The translations under genes and the position numbers were made by a program. A DNA stretch of 64,000 nt from Octopus sinensis (taxonomy: Eukaryota): contig NC_042999.1 in the NCBI RefSeq assembly GCF_006345805.1, forward strand, positions 113,460,001 to 113,524,000, read 5' to 3'. The notes beneath the pieces are model-generated. The model was given only the letters and a program-made list of their open reading frames with translations, did no database searches and was not told where the DNA came from. The first letter of the stretch is position 1, and every line of letters begins with the position of its first letter. Of the stretch, positions 1-11,364 are shown piece by piece.

Positions 1-244
1 AAATCGCTAAGCTCACCTATTATTAGTGTAGACATTTTATCGAAGGAATCTGATCGTAGTCTAATGTCAAGCGTACACCCAAATGACTATCAACTTAACA
101 CTTTTCTCATTCCAAACATAGCCATACTGTTTGCTCAGGCCAAACCTCATCGACCAATGGTCTGTAAAGGAAATCAAGTACATGTTATACACCAAGTGCA
201 TCAATCTGTTCGTATAGATATATTTTGCTACCAATAATAACTTA

Positions 245-465
245 GGGCAGTGAGCTGACAGAATCGTTTGCAGGCCGGGCGCAATGCTTAGCACTATCTC
301 ATCTGCCGTTACGTTCTGAGTTCAAATTCTGCTGAGGCCCACTTTGCCTTTCATCCTTTCGAGATCGATTAAAAAAGTACCAGTTACACACTGGGGTCAA
401 TGTAATCGACTTAATTTGTTTGTCCCCTCTATGTTTAGCCCCCTGTGGGCAATAAAGAAATAAAT
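245..465 (+). mobile_element. tRNA-derived SINE (family A, Meta-domain-like body) with Tx1/L1-type 3' tail
   Basis: A-box-like GCTGACAGAATCG, B-box GAGTTCAAATTC, body CTTTGCCTTTCATCCTTTCGAGATCGAT...AGTACCAG recurring many times in the window; tail CTCTATGTTTAGCCCCCTGTGGGCAATAAAGAAA. The Meta-domain assignment is from recall only. Confidence 0.8.
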
Positions 466-699
466 AATATTGTAACTTAAAACTCGCAGGTTAAAAAGAC
501 GTATAGAGTTGAAAAGAACAATAACATTTAAAAATCGTTCAAGACGAAGCAGTAGATGATTGCAGGATGTTGGTTGTAGTAGTTCGGTTGGACTATACGA
601 AAGCATTTACTTTTATACCGCACGTATGAATTATCAAAACTTTCCAACTACCGTAAGTATAATACAATATCTTGTTTTTCGGGAGGTGATATATATATA

Positions 700-2308
700 C
701 AGTTGCGGCCAAAATGTTCAGAACGGCATTGTTTTCGTCAGAAAGGTAGATATAATTTTTTATCAAAGTTGTTTTATATTCTATAATTTTCACAGACAAT
801 AAATACAATATTATTTGTTATTGCCTGAGATTTTGGAGTAATTTGAGAGGATAATACAAAAGTTATGGATGATTTAGTGATTTAATGCAAAACCCATGGC
901 GGCCAAAATGATCAGAATGGTTGCTTTTACTCCGTGTTTTAGTATATTTAACCGGCGAACTCTAATGTTTTGAATTTGTTTACGTGACAGTTCGTTTACT
1001 AAACATTAGTAAAAATATTTGCAGTGTACTTTGTTAATATAATTCCACTTACTCTGTTACCAATTCATCAGCAGATTATTAAGCTTCCAAGGAAGGATAA
1101 TTTAAGTATTGGATCTATTGCAAAGATTGTTAACAAGTCAAAAAGTGTTGTACACGGTATTCTGGTATTCTTAAGGTCTACGATGATTGTGGTTCGTGTG
1201 AAACAAGAAAGTTTACAGGTAGGCCAAGAAAAACGACCAAGAGAGAAGATCGAGCTATGGTAAAGTTGGTTAAAAAAGACAGATTTAAAACTGCTGCTGC
1301 TGTTTCTCGGAAAATGAGCATTGTATTGAAGAAAACTTTATCTCGAAAAACTGTGTATCGTCGTTTAGTTGAACATGACCTACAAGCAAGAGCACCTGCA
1401 GTGAAGCCACTGATCAGCTCCAAAAGTAAAAAGTGCCGTCTTACCTTTGCAACCGAACATGTGTTGTGGTCTCAAGAAAAATGGCAAATGGTGCATTTCC
1501 GTGATGAATCTAAGTTTATGTTATTTGGCTCAGATGGGAAAAGGTACGTTCGTAGAAAAGTAGGTGAAAAATTGTCGCCTAAATGCCTTAAGACTAGTGT
1601 TAAATTCGGTGGAAGAAGTGTCATGGTTTGGGGTATGATATCTGGAGATGGTGTGGGCCTTTTGGTGCGATTACATGGAAAGGTAAATGCAGGAGTTTAT
1701 AAACAACTTGTAAAAGATTATGTCTTGACTGTGCTGAGAAATTCAACTAAGCGACCACCCATATTCATGCAGGACAATGCTTCGTGTCACAAGGCTAAGG
1801 TGGTCATGAACTTCCTCAAGGCTGAAAAGGTTATTGTTATGGATTGGCCTTCTCAAAGCCCAGATCTCAATCCTATTGAAAATGTATGGAATATTCTAGG
1901 AGAACGTTCGAAAGCCAGAAATCCTAAAACAACTGAGCAATTATGGAATGCCCTTCAGGAAGAATGGAATAAGATCACCCAGCAAGAAATTGAAAATTTA
2001 ATTTCCTCATGCAGTCGAAGATGTCAGAGTGTGATTGAAGCTAAAGGGCTTCACACTAAATATTAAATAATTTCAGTATTCTCTGTCATTTTTGATTATT
2101 TTGTTATTTCTTCAACCGTTCTGATCATTTTGGCCGCCATGGGTTTTGCAGTAAATCACTAAATCATCCATAGCTTTTGTATTATCCTCTCAAATTACAC
2201 CAAAATCTCAGACAATAACAATTAATATTGTATTTATTGTCTGTAAAAATTATAGAATATAAAACTACTTTGATAAAAACTTATACTTAAACATTTTGGC
2301 CGCAATTG
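700..2308 (+). mobile_element. Tc1-family DNA transposon with long IR/DR-type TIRs (~700-923 and ~2113-2308)
   Basis: TA at 698-699, then CAGTTGCGGCCAAAATG; right end CATTTTGGCCGCAATTG at 2292-2308. The ~200-bp arms match as reverse complements and enclose a DD34E transposase. Confidence 0.95.
1045..2066 (+). pseudogene. Tc1 transposase (DD34E), frameshifted, start codon not found
   Basis: HTH segment IIKLPRKDNLSIGSIAKIVNKSKSVVHGIL; then, after an 8-bp duplication at 1156-1171, GRPRKTTKREDR continues into ORF 1257-2066 with FRDESKF, MQDNASCH and WPSQSPDLNPIENVW (34 residues between D and E). Confidence 0.92.
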
Positions 2309-2310
2309 TG

Positions 2311-2472
<162 letters not shown>

Positions 2473-2479
2473 TGCTATC

Positions 2480-5200
2480 AAAAGGGTATCCTGTAAGATA
2501 AGAGCATATTTTTAAATAGTTTCGTCTGTAGAGAAGAGTTATAACCATGGATTTTGCAGGCGTTCTGAAACCAGTGAGACAGATGCAGTTGATGTTCCTC
2601 TCAAACAGTAGCAAATTAACGGCTGCAGAGAGGAATTCCATGTCGTTCCGAGGAAGAATAACTGAGCGAACTGTTTATGACTGTGCGAAATAGAATAAAT
2701 GTGGGAAGCGAGACTTGTTGTAATGGACACGATATGGTTGACGAAAGGAGGAGAAATGTGTAAGTCAGAAAGACTTGAGTAGAAACGGTACGAGACCAAC
2801 TACTTCCTGCACTATCGGGAGGGGAGAATAAGGAGTTGTTGGTGAGTGACTTTATGCCAAACAATCAGATATCCTACTTTTGGATACGGTTTTGGATAGC
2901 TATAAGTGTAGCAGCATTATTGTCAAAATGTTGGTGCAATATTCCATTGTACGCTTCACTTGAATTTTCTTTAAGATTAATAATTCTTGAGATTGAAGTG
3001 TTTTCTAGCACCGAAGAATATCATCCTTCATGATGCAGTTTTTGTTATGATGATGATTGTGAGTTCACCAGAAGAAAACTTCAGTAATTTTGATGTTTAT
3101 CATTTGCAGTGACTTTAAAGATTCTAGTTGGCTGTTGCTTGTGCTTAAAGGTGGGATATAGTATTTTATTGATGTGCATAGTCATTGTTCTTCTGCTGTT
3201 GAAAGAGACAAGATTAGCATGATCCGCTGGAGTGTTTTGAAGTCTCTGTTCATAGAGATCTCAAAACATAGAGCGTTTGAGTTCAGAAGATTAAGGGGGA
3301 TGTGATGTCATAAAAGTGGACGACGTTGGAGGTGATAGCAATAGATTGATGCATAGGAAGGAAAATGTGGAGGAACAAAACCAACAAAACCGACAAAACC
3401 GAACAATGGGGTACACCAGATAAAACATAGATCAGAGAGTGATCTTCAGTATAGTCACAATATCGCTAACATAAAATCCTCCGATTTAGGAGACAGGAAG
3501 AAAATGGATTTCATACGAAAGTGATCTTGTGCGTTTAGCAAGATAGATTGGATCTAACTGTTACAAAATTGTTTACACCAAATTTTTGAAGGACAAGAAA
3601 TTACTGCTAAATTTCATTGGCGGACGAAACTCCAGTATACCTTGCTTTACGGAAGACGTACTGACAGTCATTAAGGAAGAAAACAGTACCAAGTACCTAG
3701 AGAAGGTGATTGTAAATGACTGTCTCGATCATCTTTCAGACATTGAAAGTGAGAGTGATAAGTCAATAACTTACGTGTTTGGAAGGGCTTTTCTTCTTGA
3801 AGATAGGATACACTGTAGCGTGCTTCCAAAGATCAGGATAGATCAGGTATATAGAAAGAGGAGTTGAAACAGTTTGCGAGGGTAGAGGCTAGCTCTGAGA
3901 CGTGTTGTTTGAGCGTTACAGAATGGATACTTGTTAGGGTCAGCAACCTTTTTGGTTTGATGTTGTCTGCGGATGCTTTCAAACTTTTATATGTGTAAAC
4001 GTTGTGGTAAGCCTGTTGGAATGAAAGATAATTTTAGAGGCGATTTACCCAATATGTGCAATGTAGAGTTAGATGCAAAATGAGCAGCAAATGTTGAAGC
4101 CTTCTCTATTGGAGTACTACTAACAGAGCCATCATGGAGGTAGGGATGTTGATACAAAGTTGTGTAGATACTTTTTGCTAGCAATAGACTTAAAGACTCT
4201 CCAACAATTAGGGAAAAGAAGTCTGTGAGCTGTGCGAGGCAAAGAAGCATCCTTTACATTTCCAGTGAGGTGTTGTAGGCGTTGTGGCAGTGAATAGAAA
4301 TAGTTCAGTTTGAAAGGCAGGGAGCGATTTTTTTCCGGACGTCGTAAAATATTTTCTTTTCCTGAAAAGTGCAGCTATGAATGGGCCACTTAAATTTGAA
4401 CTTAAAGATTTAGTTGTGTGGGTGATGTTTCAGTAACACGTCTACTTTGTTGTCACTGAAGATAAGGATATCCATCTACAGTCCGCGGACTATTACTAGG
4501 CCATGGATAATTTGGTACTGGGATACACAGAATTAAAATAGAAATAATATCTTTTTTATTTTATTGACTATCCAGTGTGCAGGTTGTTTTTGCATTACAT
4601 ATGTATTATATAAGTAATGATTAAATTATATATTAAGCATTTCATAATGTAGTCTTATGCGCGTGATCCTCGAATCCATGGGAACCGGCCCGTGCTAAAA
4701 ATGTTGGAGACCGCTGAGTTAATGTTACAGTATATGTGTTTCCACGGATGGCACGAATTTGCACAGATTCGACCAACAGCTAATTTGAAGTGTCATAAAG
4801 TCAAGAAGGTGAAGAGAGTTGCGTAGGGCATGGATGTGTGGTAAGTAATCGTGATCGAGTCGTGGTCGAACGACCCGATAGGTTCGGAGATGGTAATGGT
4901 TTTGTACAGGGTTGGTTTTGAGGTGAGGAAGAGAACGAAATTGCTTGGAGTACGTGTGCGTGGATCAGGAACTTGTAGAGGAGATGAGGCTAATTGTTGC
5001 AAACAAGTGGGGATTGCAACACATTTGGTTGCTGAATCAGTAGCATCAGTATGGAATGAATGCGAGAACCATTAAAAACATTGAAGTCTCCGAAGGTGAT
5101 GACTTCAGAAAGGAGTGAATTGAGATATATGTTTTGGCGCAGAAAGAGTTGGCGCATGTCAAAGAGTTGGTGGTGGCTAGACAAATTCAGAGAGATGACA
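2480..5200 (-). mobile_element. Decayed CR1/L2/Jockey-group LINE ORF2 (APE C-terminus + RT + 3' region)
   Basis: Minus-strand remnants in order: GDFN (~5090); QVPDPRTRTPSNFVLFLTSKP...PIGSFDHD (4830-5000); DGSVSSTPIEKASTFAAHFASNSTL (4060-4140); WKHATVYPIFKK and CQYVFRKARYTG (3630-3830); NLVSFN (~3210); C-terminal QLFF..TWNS (~2640). Many stops and frameshifts. Confidence 0.85.
4465..4716. mobile_element. Non-autonomous hAT (Charlie/MER1-like) element inserted in the LINE
   Basis: Right end CCGGCCCGTGCTAAAAATGTTGGAGACCGCTG resembles hAT CAGCGGTC.CCAAC termini; degraded left end GTCCGCGGAC; the LINE reading resumes on both sides. No TSD found. Confidence 0.5.
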
Positions 5201-6850
5201 ACAGCTCATATGTCCTGATTCATTTCCTTGTGTATTGTTTACAAGGGATTATTGGTGTAGTTGATTCTTCTTTTTAATAGTTCTGCTATTTTGTCATCAT
5301 TCTCATCAAACCAGTTTTGGTGCTTACGCTCGATTTTGCCTAAAACTTCAAGTAAGGATGCATAGACAATGTCGCAGAATTTCATCCATTTGTTCTCGAT
5401 TGAAAGAGCTGAGTCGCTCATTGTCTCTAATGAGCAGGTTAGTCTGCTTATCTTTAGATCTGAGTTTGTTGAGATTCAGAGTAGATTTCGTTGCTTTTCT
5501 CTGAGGTCGTCTGTTCTTCATTATTTCGAGTTTGCACTTGGCTATCAATAGGCAGTGGCCTGTCCAGCAGTCAACACCAAATATAGACTTAACTACACAT
5601 AAGTCACACCGATCTTTCTGATGATAAGTGGTGTAGTCAATCAAGTGTAGTCAATCAAGTGCCATTTAAGGGATGCGGTTCCAAAAAGGAAGTTTAAAGG
5701 TGATTTTTGTCAGGAGTAACTAAATCACAGTGCAGAACTGGAGCAGAAGTTCACCGTTGGAATTTCATTTGCCGGCTCCGTTGGTTCTTAATACATCCCA
5801 CTATGTCCAGTGGTCAATTTCGACCCTGATATTGGAGTAGCCCATCAATATGAGTTTTTCTTTTCGAGGGATGGTGGAAATGAGGGATGACAAATCTTCG
5901 TAGAACTTCTCTTTGGATGCTTAATAAACCAATGCGCTCTTTTTAAAGCCTAGCCAGGCTCATGGGCCCGGTTTCTATGGCGTATGTGTTCCCCAGCTGG
6001 ACGGGGCGCCAATCCATCGCAGCGTTACTCATTTTTGCCTGCTGAGTGGACTGGAGCAACGTGAAATGAAGTGTTTTGCTCAAGAACACAACGCGTCGCC
6101 CGCTCCAGGAATCGAAACCACAATCTTACGATCTGACACCCTAACCACTAAGCCACACGCCTCCACCTTTGGATGCTTAGTCATTGATTATTGCGAGGTC
6201 ATACAGAAGCTTACAAGGTTGAAAAAATTGTTTCCTTTCGTTAGTAGTTTTATAATCATAAACTGATCATTTATAGGTTTTTGGAAGATTGGTAAGAATT
6301 TTTTGCTAGGTTTTCCACTGCAAGAGCTACACCAACTTCGCGTTTGTCATCATCCTTATTCTGCGCTGGTCTGTAGAATGAGCAGTATATTCCATATTTC
6401 TTGAGCTGTCCAGTTTCTGATAGTCTTGTTTCGCTGAGAACAGCTGTGTCAGTGTTGTACCTTGATAATTCTCAACAACAACTGATCTCTTTGCAGACCT
6501 ATCTGCATTGATGTTATCAAGCGAAGTGCGTACATTCCATGCACCTAGCTTCAGTGACATTCGTTCTGCCCTAATATTTTGACTGCCATTTTGGGATCAC
6601 GTCAACCGCGGTCTGCTAAACTGGAAGGAATGAATCAGTAATTTTCAGAGTCATTTATTTTTACCCTTTCATCGTTCTAGCGAGATGAGCAGTGTGTTCC
6701 AGAATAGGGCCACTCAGACACTCAGGGGTTCGCCAGAGCTCAGTACTGCTTCCTTTGTCAATGACCACTTACTTTAAGCTATCTAGTGCATGAGTTTGTG
6801 GATGACGGCTCTCCGCTATCCAGACCCGCTGTCATTGTCACAGGACTTCC
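5200..6850 (-). mobile_element. RTE (BovB-like) LINE 5' portion: 5' UTR + APE endonuclease + linker, 3'-truncated
   Basis: LKLGAWNVRTSLDN (6560-6520); STIPRKEKLILMG...NSNGELLLQFC (5890-5730); HLIDY and DCWTGHCLLIAK (5660-5520); RKHQNWFDENDDKIAELL (5330-5280). These are RTE APE/linker motifs. Confidence 0.88.
5924..6166 (-). mobile_element. Young tRNA-derived SINE (family C, CORE-like body) with 13-bp TSD
   Basis: A box TGGCTTAGTGG, B box GGTTTCGATTCC, body GTTGTGTTCTTGAGCAAAACACTTCATTTCAC; TSD CTTTGGATGCTTA at 5911-5923 and 6167-6179; CpGs retained. Confidence 0.92.
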
Positions 6851-7689
6851 AAATGTATAAAACTACACTGATTTCCGCGAGATTTTTAAGGTAAAGTAAA
6901 ACTGCACAGATACTATCCCCGCTCTTCTCTCTTACACTTCTGTTATCCAATGGCAAGACAAAATTAACATACCAATGAAGACACGTACACAAGAGCTACC
7001 AGAATGAGACAACCATCCTGCCAACAGTAGGGATTCAACTAATAATTTTTTTTGTATATTGACTCCTTTAACCTATGCTTAAATGAGCATAATGTACAAG
7101 GCAGCAGATGGATTTGTTTGTCTCTGAAGATTTTTAAAATTAGGAAGCTCCTTGCACAGGGCCAACTTCATTCTCTAGACAACATATGCATTTGCTTATT
7201 AAGTAGAACTGGTCTACATCTTTGACTGAAAACGATGTTGCAAGTGTTACATCAGAGTTTTCCTTCTCTTAGAGAGATATCTGAGCAAAAGCTAGGAGTC
7301 TCTTACTCTCAGATGTCAGATGGCCGTTGACTCAACAGAGTTCATCCACCTTTGACAGGTTCTGTTTTTCGTCCTGCAGCATGTCCAACGAAAAACGTCC
7401 ACGCTCCTTACCAAGCAGGCTTGGGAAAGTTGCCGGCTCAGTCGCCGACGGCCAGACCATGTGACAGGTTGTACGGGGTTGCCTGTTACCAGTAGCATTA
7501 GATATTACATCCAGGATGAGGTGTCATTGTTTCTTTCTTTCATACTTTTGAGGCCGACAACAGAATAATGCACTGCGCGCTTGCGCGAGATATATCGCAA
7601 GAGAACAAGTAGAATTGGCAAAGCTCCATCCTCGTGGTACTTATTTGCATATATGTTATTGATTAACCCAGCCATAATCAAAAGTGTAC

Positions 7690-7782
<93 letters not shown>
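7690..7782. repeat. (CT)n microsatellite
   Basis: Directly visible. Confidence 0.98.
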
Positions 7783-7785
<3 letters not shown>

Positions 7786-8899
7786 CCATTTAGCTGTTAG
7801 GTAAACCATTAAACCGATATCATCGACTCAAATAACTGTAAATTTCAAATATTTTGTGATTCGCAGCTTTCGGTGTATTTTCCAGTGTTTGATTTACTTT
7901 CCTTAGAGGGCGCCACCGTCCCAAATTTTCATTTAAACCCTCCCTTAAATTATATTGTGTTTCCTTTGTCAAATCAGTATTAAAACCAATATTACGAGTA
8001 AAACTGAAACTTTTGATTTATGGGAAACGAATTGTTGCCGCAAAGCTTATTTAATTTAAGTACATTTATTTTTAAAACGAAAAGGTGATTTCTCTTACTC
8101 TCATTCAAAAACAAGTCATTTATGCGATATGAACACATTATTTTAAAACTATTTCAATCAAAATATAATTAAAGGGAAATAACTCTAAAGGAAACCCTTT
8201 TCTCCATGGCTGCACAAAATTTGAAAATGTTATAAGAATTGTGGAGCCTTGACTAATGAATTAAATGCCATAAAGCTGGAGTTTCTCCTATATCAGTAGG
8301 ACTGCATCATGCATGTTGTCAGATACTTTGCATACTATCATCATCATCATCGGACTCAGTTATGAACTCATTTGCATGCAGCTAATCAGAGCTCAACTAT
8401 CAAACTAATTTATGAGTGCATAACAAGTGATGAGCGATAAGATAAAGTCACTTGGGTAAGGAATGACCATGCTTCTTTTCACTTTGGATAATACTTGTTC
8501 TTGTTCTTGTTTCAATCATGGCTGCCTCTGCATAGTTATTTGTGTTGCTGTTTACTTTGTAAAACAGTAATGGGAGATGGTTGCTAGGACATTACCCTCT
8601 ACCTACATTTTCCCATCCATATCTTTACCATATGGGGCACTAACAAAATCCGATAATAGGTATAGATGCAAATCTATCTAATTACTTGTCTCCTTCTAAA
8701 ATCAGGCATAACTTGGCGATCGGTCGACATACAACACCGATCTTTGTCTTGAGTTTACTTGGTAGAATGTGTTTGTTAACTTGACAACAAGATCAAGGTG
8801 AGGTCTGATTGGCTGCATGCAAATGAATTCATTACAGGGGTCCCGAACACACGTGAGAAAAAAATTTCGCAAGCCGGCCAGGCAGAAGCCTGCACCAGA

Positions 8900-9130
8900 C
8901 TTCTATAGTTATTTTGGCAGGACTTTTACAGCTGAATGCCCTTCCTAAAACCAATCACTCAGTAGAATGGACTTAGTGTTTTTTTTTTACGTGGCACAAG
9001 CACAGGTGAGGTCAGTTATGGCAAGATTTTTACAGCTGTATGCCCTTCCAAACGCCAGCCACTTTACAGTGTGGACTAGGTACTTTTAAGTGGCACCTGC
9101 ACTGACAGGGTCACCAAGTACTTGCAAGAC
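8900..9130 (-). mobile_element. Two tandem RTE-3'-tail-type short repeat fragments
   Basis: TACAGCTG.ATGCCCTTCC.AAA.GCCA motif twice; same family as 48332-48573. Confidence 0.65.
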
Positions 9131-9284
9131 AGAAACTATGTATACTTTTATTGCATTTCACTGTTTTTTTCTCTTTCTTTCTCTTCATCCTTTATGTAAA
9201 TCCCCACACAAATTGTTGTCCATCTTCATGATGTACCCTCATCTATGCTCCTATGGCTAATAAAACTACTACTACTACTACTAA

Positions 9285-9780
9285 AGCAGCAAGCTGGCAG
9301 AATCGTTAGCATTCAGGACAAAATGCTTAGCAGCATTTCGTCCGTCTTAAGGATCTGAGTTCACATGCCACCATGGTCAACTTTGCCTTTCATCCTTTCG
9401 ATGTCAATAAAGTAAGTACCAGTTGAACAATGGAGTCAATGTAATTGACTCATCCTTTCCCCCAAAATTGCTGGCCTTGTGCCAAAATTTGAAGCTTTTT
9501 TTTTCCAGCTTTGTAATTGACTTAAATGCTCCTCCAAAACAACTGGTCTTGTGCAAGTTTTAACCCACAATGAAAGCAGTAAGCTGGCAGAATCGTTAGA
9601 ACACTGGATAAAATGTTTAGCTGTATTTCTTCTGGTTCCTTACATTCTGAGTTCAAATGTCACCAAGATTGACTTTGCCTTTCATCCCTTTGGGGCCAAT
9701 AAAATAAGTACAAATCAAGCACTGAGGTTGATGTAATTGACAAGTCATCAGTCAGCAAAATTTTAGGCCATGCCTATAGT
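9285..9780 (+). mobile_element. Two family-A SINE copies (~9285-9492, ~9575-9780)
   Basis: AAGCTGGCAGAATCGTTAG heads, GAGTTCA B boxes, CTTTGCCTTTCATCC bodies. Confidence 0.85.
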
Positions 9781-11089
9781 GAAAAGAATTATTATTATTT
9801 GTTTAGCCCTATGCCAGTGAATATTCAACAGACTTATAATCTGATGAAGTGTTTCAACTGTAACCATACTGTCTTTTAGCAAATGTGTACTTGTCTTTCC
9901 TTTTTTAAGATGGTAAGCTGTGATCTTAATGGTATTTTGTACTAGTCAAAACAATTTCTTTTGTGGGTGATGCCACACAAGTCAACAAGAGTAAACTTCT
10001 CAAGTCAGTGATGAAGCCTCTGTGGAAGTATGATCCACAAGAAAATGCAGTCAAATTTCCCTCATATTACATCCTATTGTCTTGAAAAGTTGAAACTTGC
10101 ATTACATAATCTAGTTCTAGATGCACTAAGAAGGAGATAGAATGCTGGCGGCTATAATGCTCAGGAATTAATAAGTGTTTTAATAAATTATAGAGTCCTT
10201 TTGCTGATTAAGGAGTGTTTTGATTATTTGTGAGTTTTCTCTAGTAGATACGAAACCTTAAAGAAACTGCTTTAATTATATATTTTTTCATTAATGAATG
10301 CAAGGAAGAGAAGCAGTATTCAAAGCTTGTAGGTTGTCTTGAACAGGAGAATAATCAATAGCTTTGTGAGGTTGATGCACCAGATATTTATTATAAACTT
10401 TCATATGTTAGCATTTTGAAGTAATTGGAAGGATCTGCAATTGTAAGATGTTGCTAAATGTAGGCTTAGAAGATGACATTGAAATGTATGTGTGTGCACA
10501 TGCATGCGTGTGTAAGGATCTTTACTACATGTTAGAAGTGTAAGCATTATTCTAATATAGAGAGTACTTGTGCCTTGAGCAAGATTCTAATTGTATCAGA
10601 TAATAATTGTCATACTTATTCACTCTTCGTGTAATTTTTTTCAAAAATCTTTCTTAAAAAATATCACATTGCTTTCAGAGAATTCTTATAACATCAGCAA
10701 TATATTGTTAAAGTCATCAACAGCAAAGCTGAAGAGGTATATATATATATCACAGAATAACTGTTGAAGTTAAACAGCTCAAATAAAACTACATACCTAG
10801 GGGCTAATTGGGATGTATATTTACAGATTAAAAACCTGCAAAATACACATGGCCAACAATTTTGATGGAAGATGATAAGTTGATAACATCAACCCCACAG
10901 CTAGACCGACTGGTACTTTATTTTATCTAAAACAAAGCAAAAGGTAACTAGTAAAGCAACTTGGTCTGGAAACCTGTTTCTAAAGAATTTGTGGAGGCAA
11001 GTAATAGTTACAAACACAAAGATTTATTCATAAAAGCAAAGTGTGTTTCTTCAACATCAGATTTTCTTTCTTACTGTACACCAACATGA

Positions 11090-11335
11090 CTCGTTAGCCT
11101 GCAGAATATTCTGTCAAATGTAATGCCTATTTATTCACATTATCTTGAATTGATCATGCATTATTTTGTAACTTTGAGAGTTTGTACAAGGAACAAGTAA
11201 ATTTTTAGAATGATTATGTAGGGTTGGTCTGAGAGGTCAGGTCTGACCAGTTTGAACATAGAACAGGTTGAATATTTTGGCTGGATATGACTGGTTTTTG
11301 AATGGAATCCTCTCAATCAAGGGTTTAGCTGGATA
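11090..11335. mobile_element. Degraded TTAA (piggyBac-type) MITE, same family as 25166-25381
   Basis: ATTCTGTCAAATGTAATGC.TATTTATTCACATT...CAGTTTGAACA internal match to the TTAA-flanked copy. Confidence 0.6.
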
Positions 11336-11364
11336 CAATGGAACTGCTGTTTCTGAATGCCTCG

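Noticed and set aside
6700-6860. Possible HDV-like ribozyme in the RTE 5' UTR (TGGCGAA motif on the minus strand)
   Set aside because: I could not assemble the P1/P1.1/P2/P3 pseudoknot by eye; it needs a descriptor search.
7901-7914. CTCF-like motif CCTTAGAGGGCGCC
   Set aside because: A single partial match inside probable repeat sequence, with no independent support.
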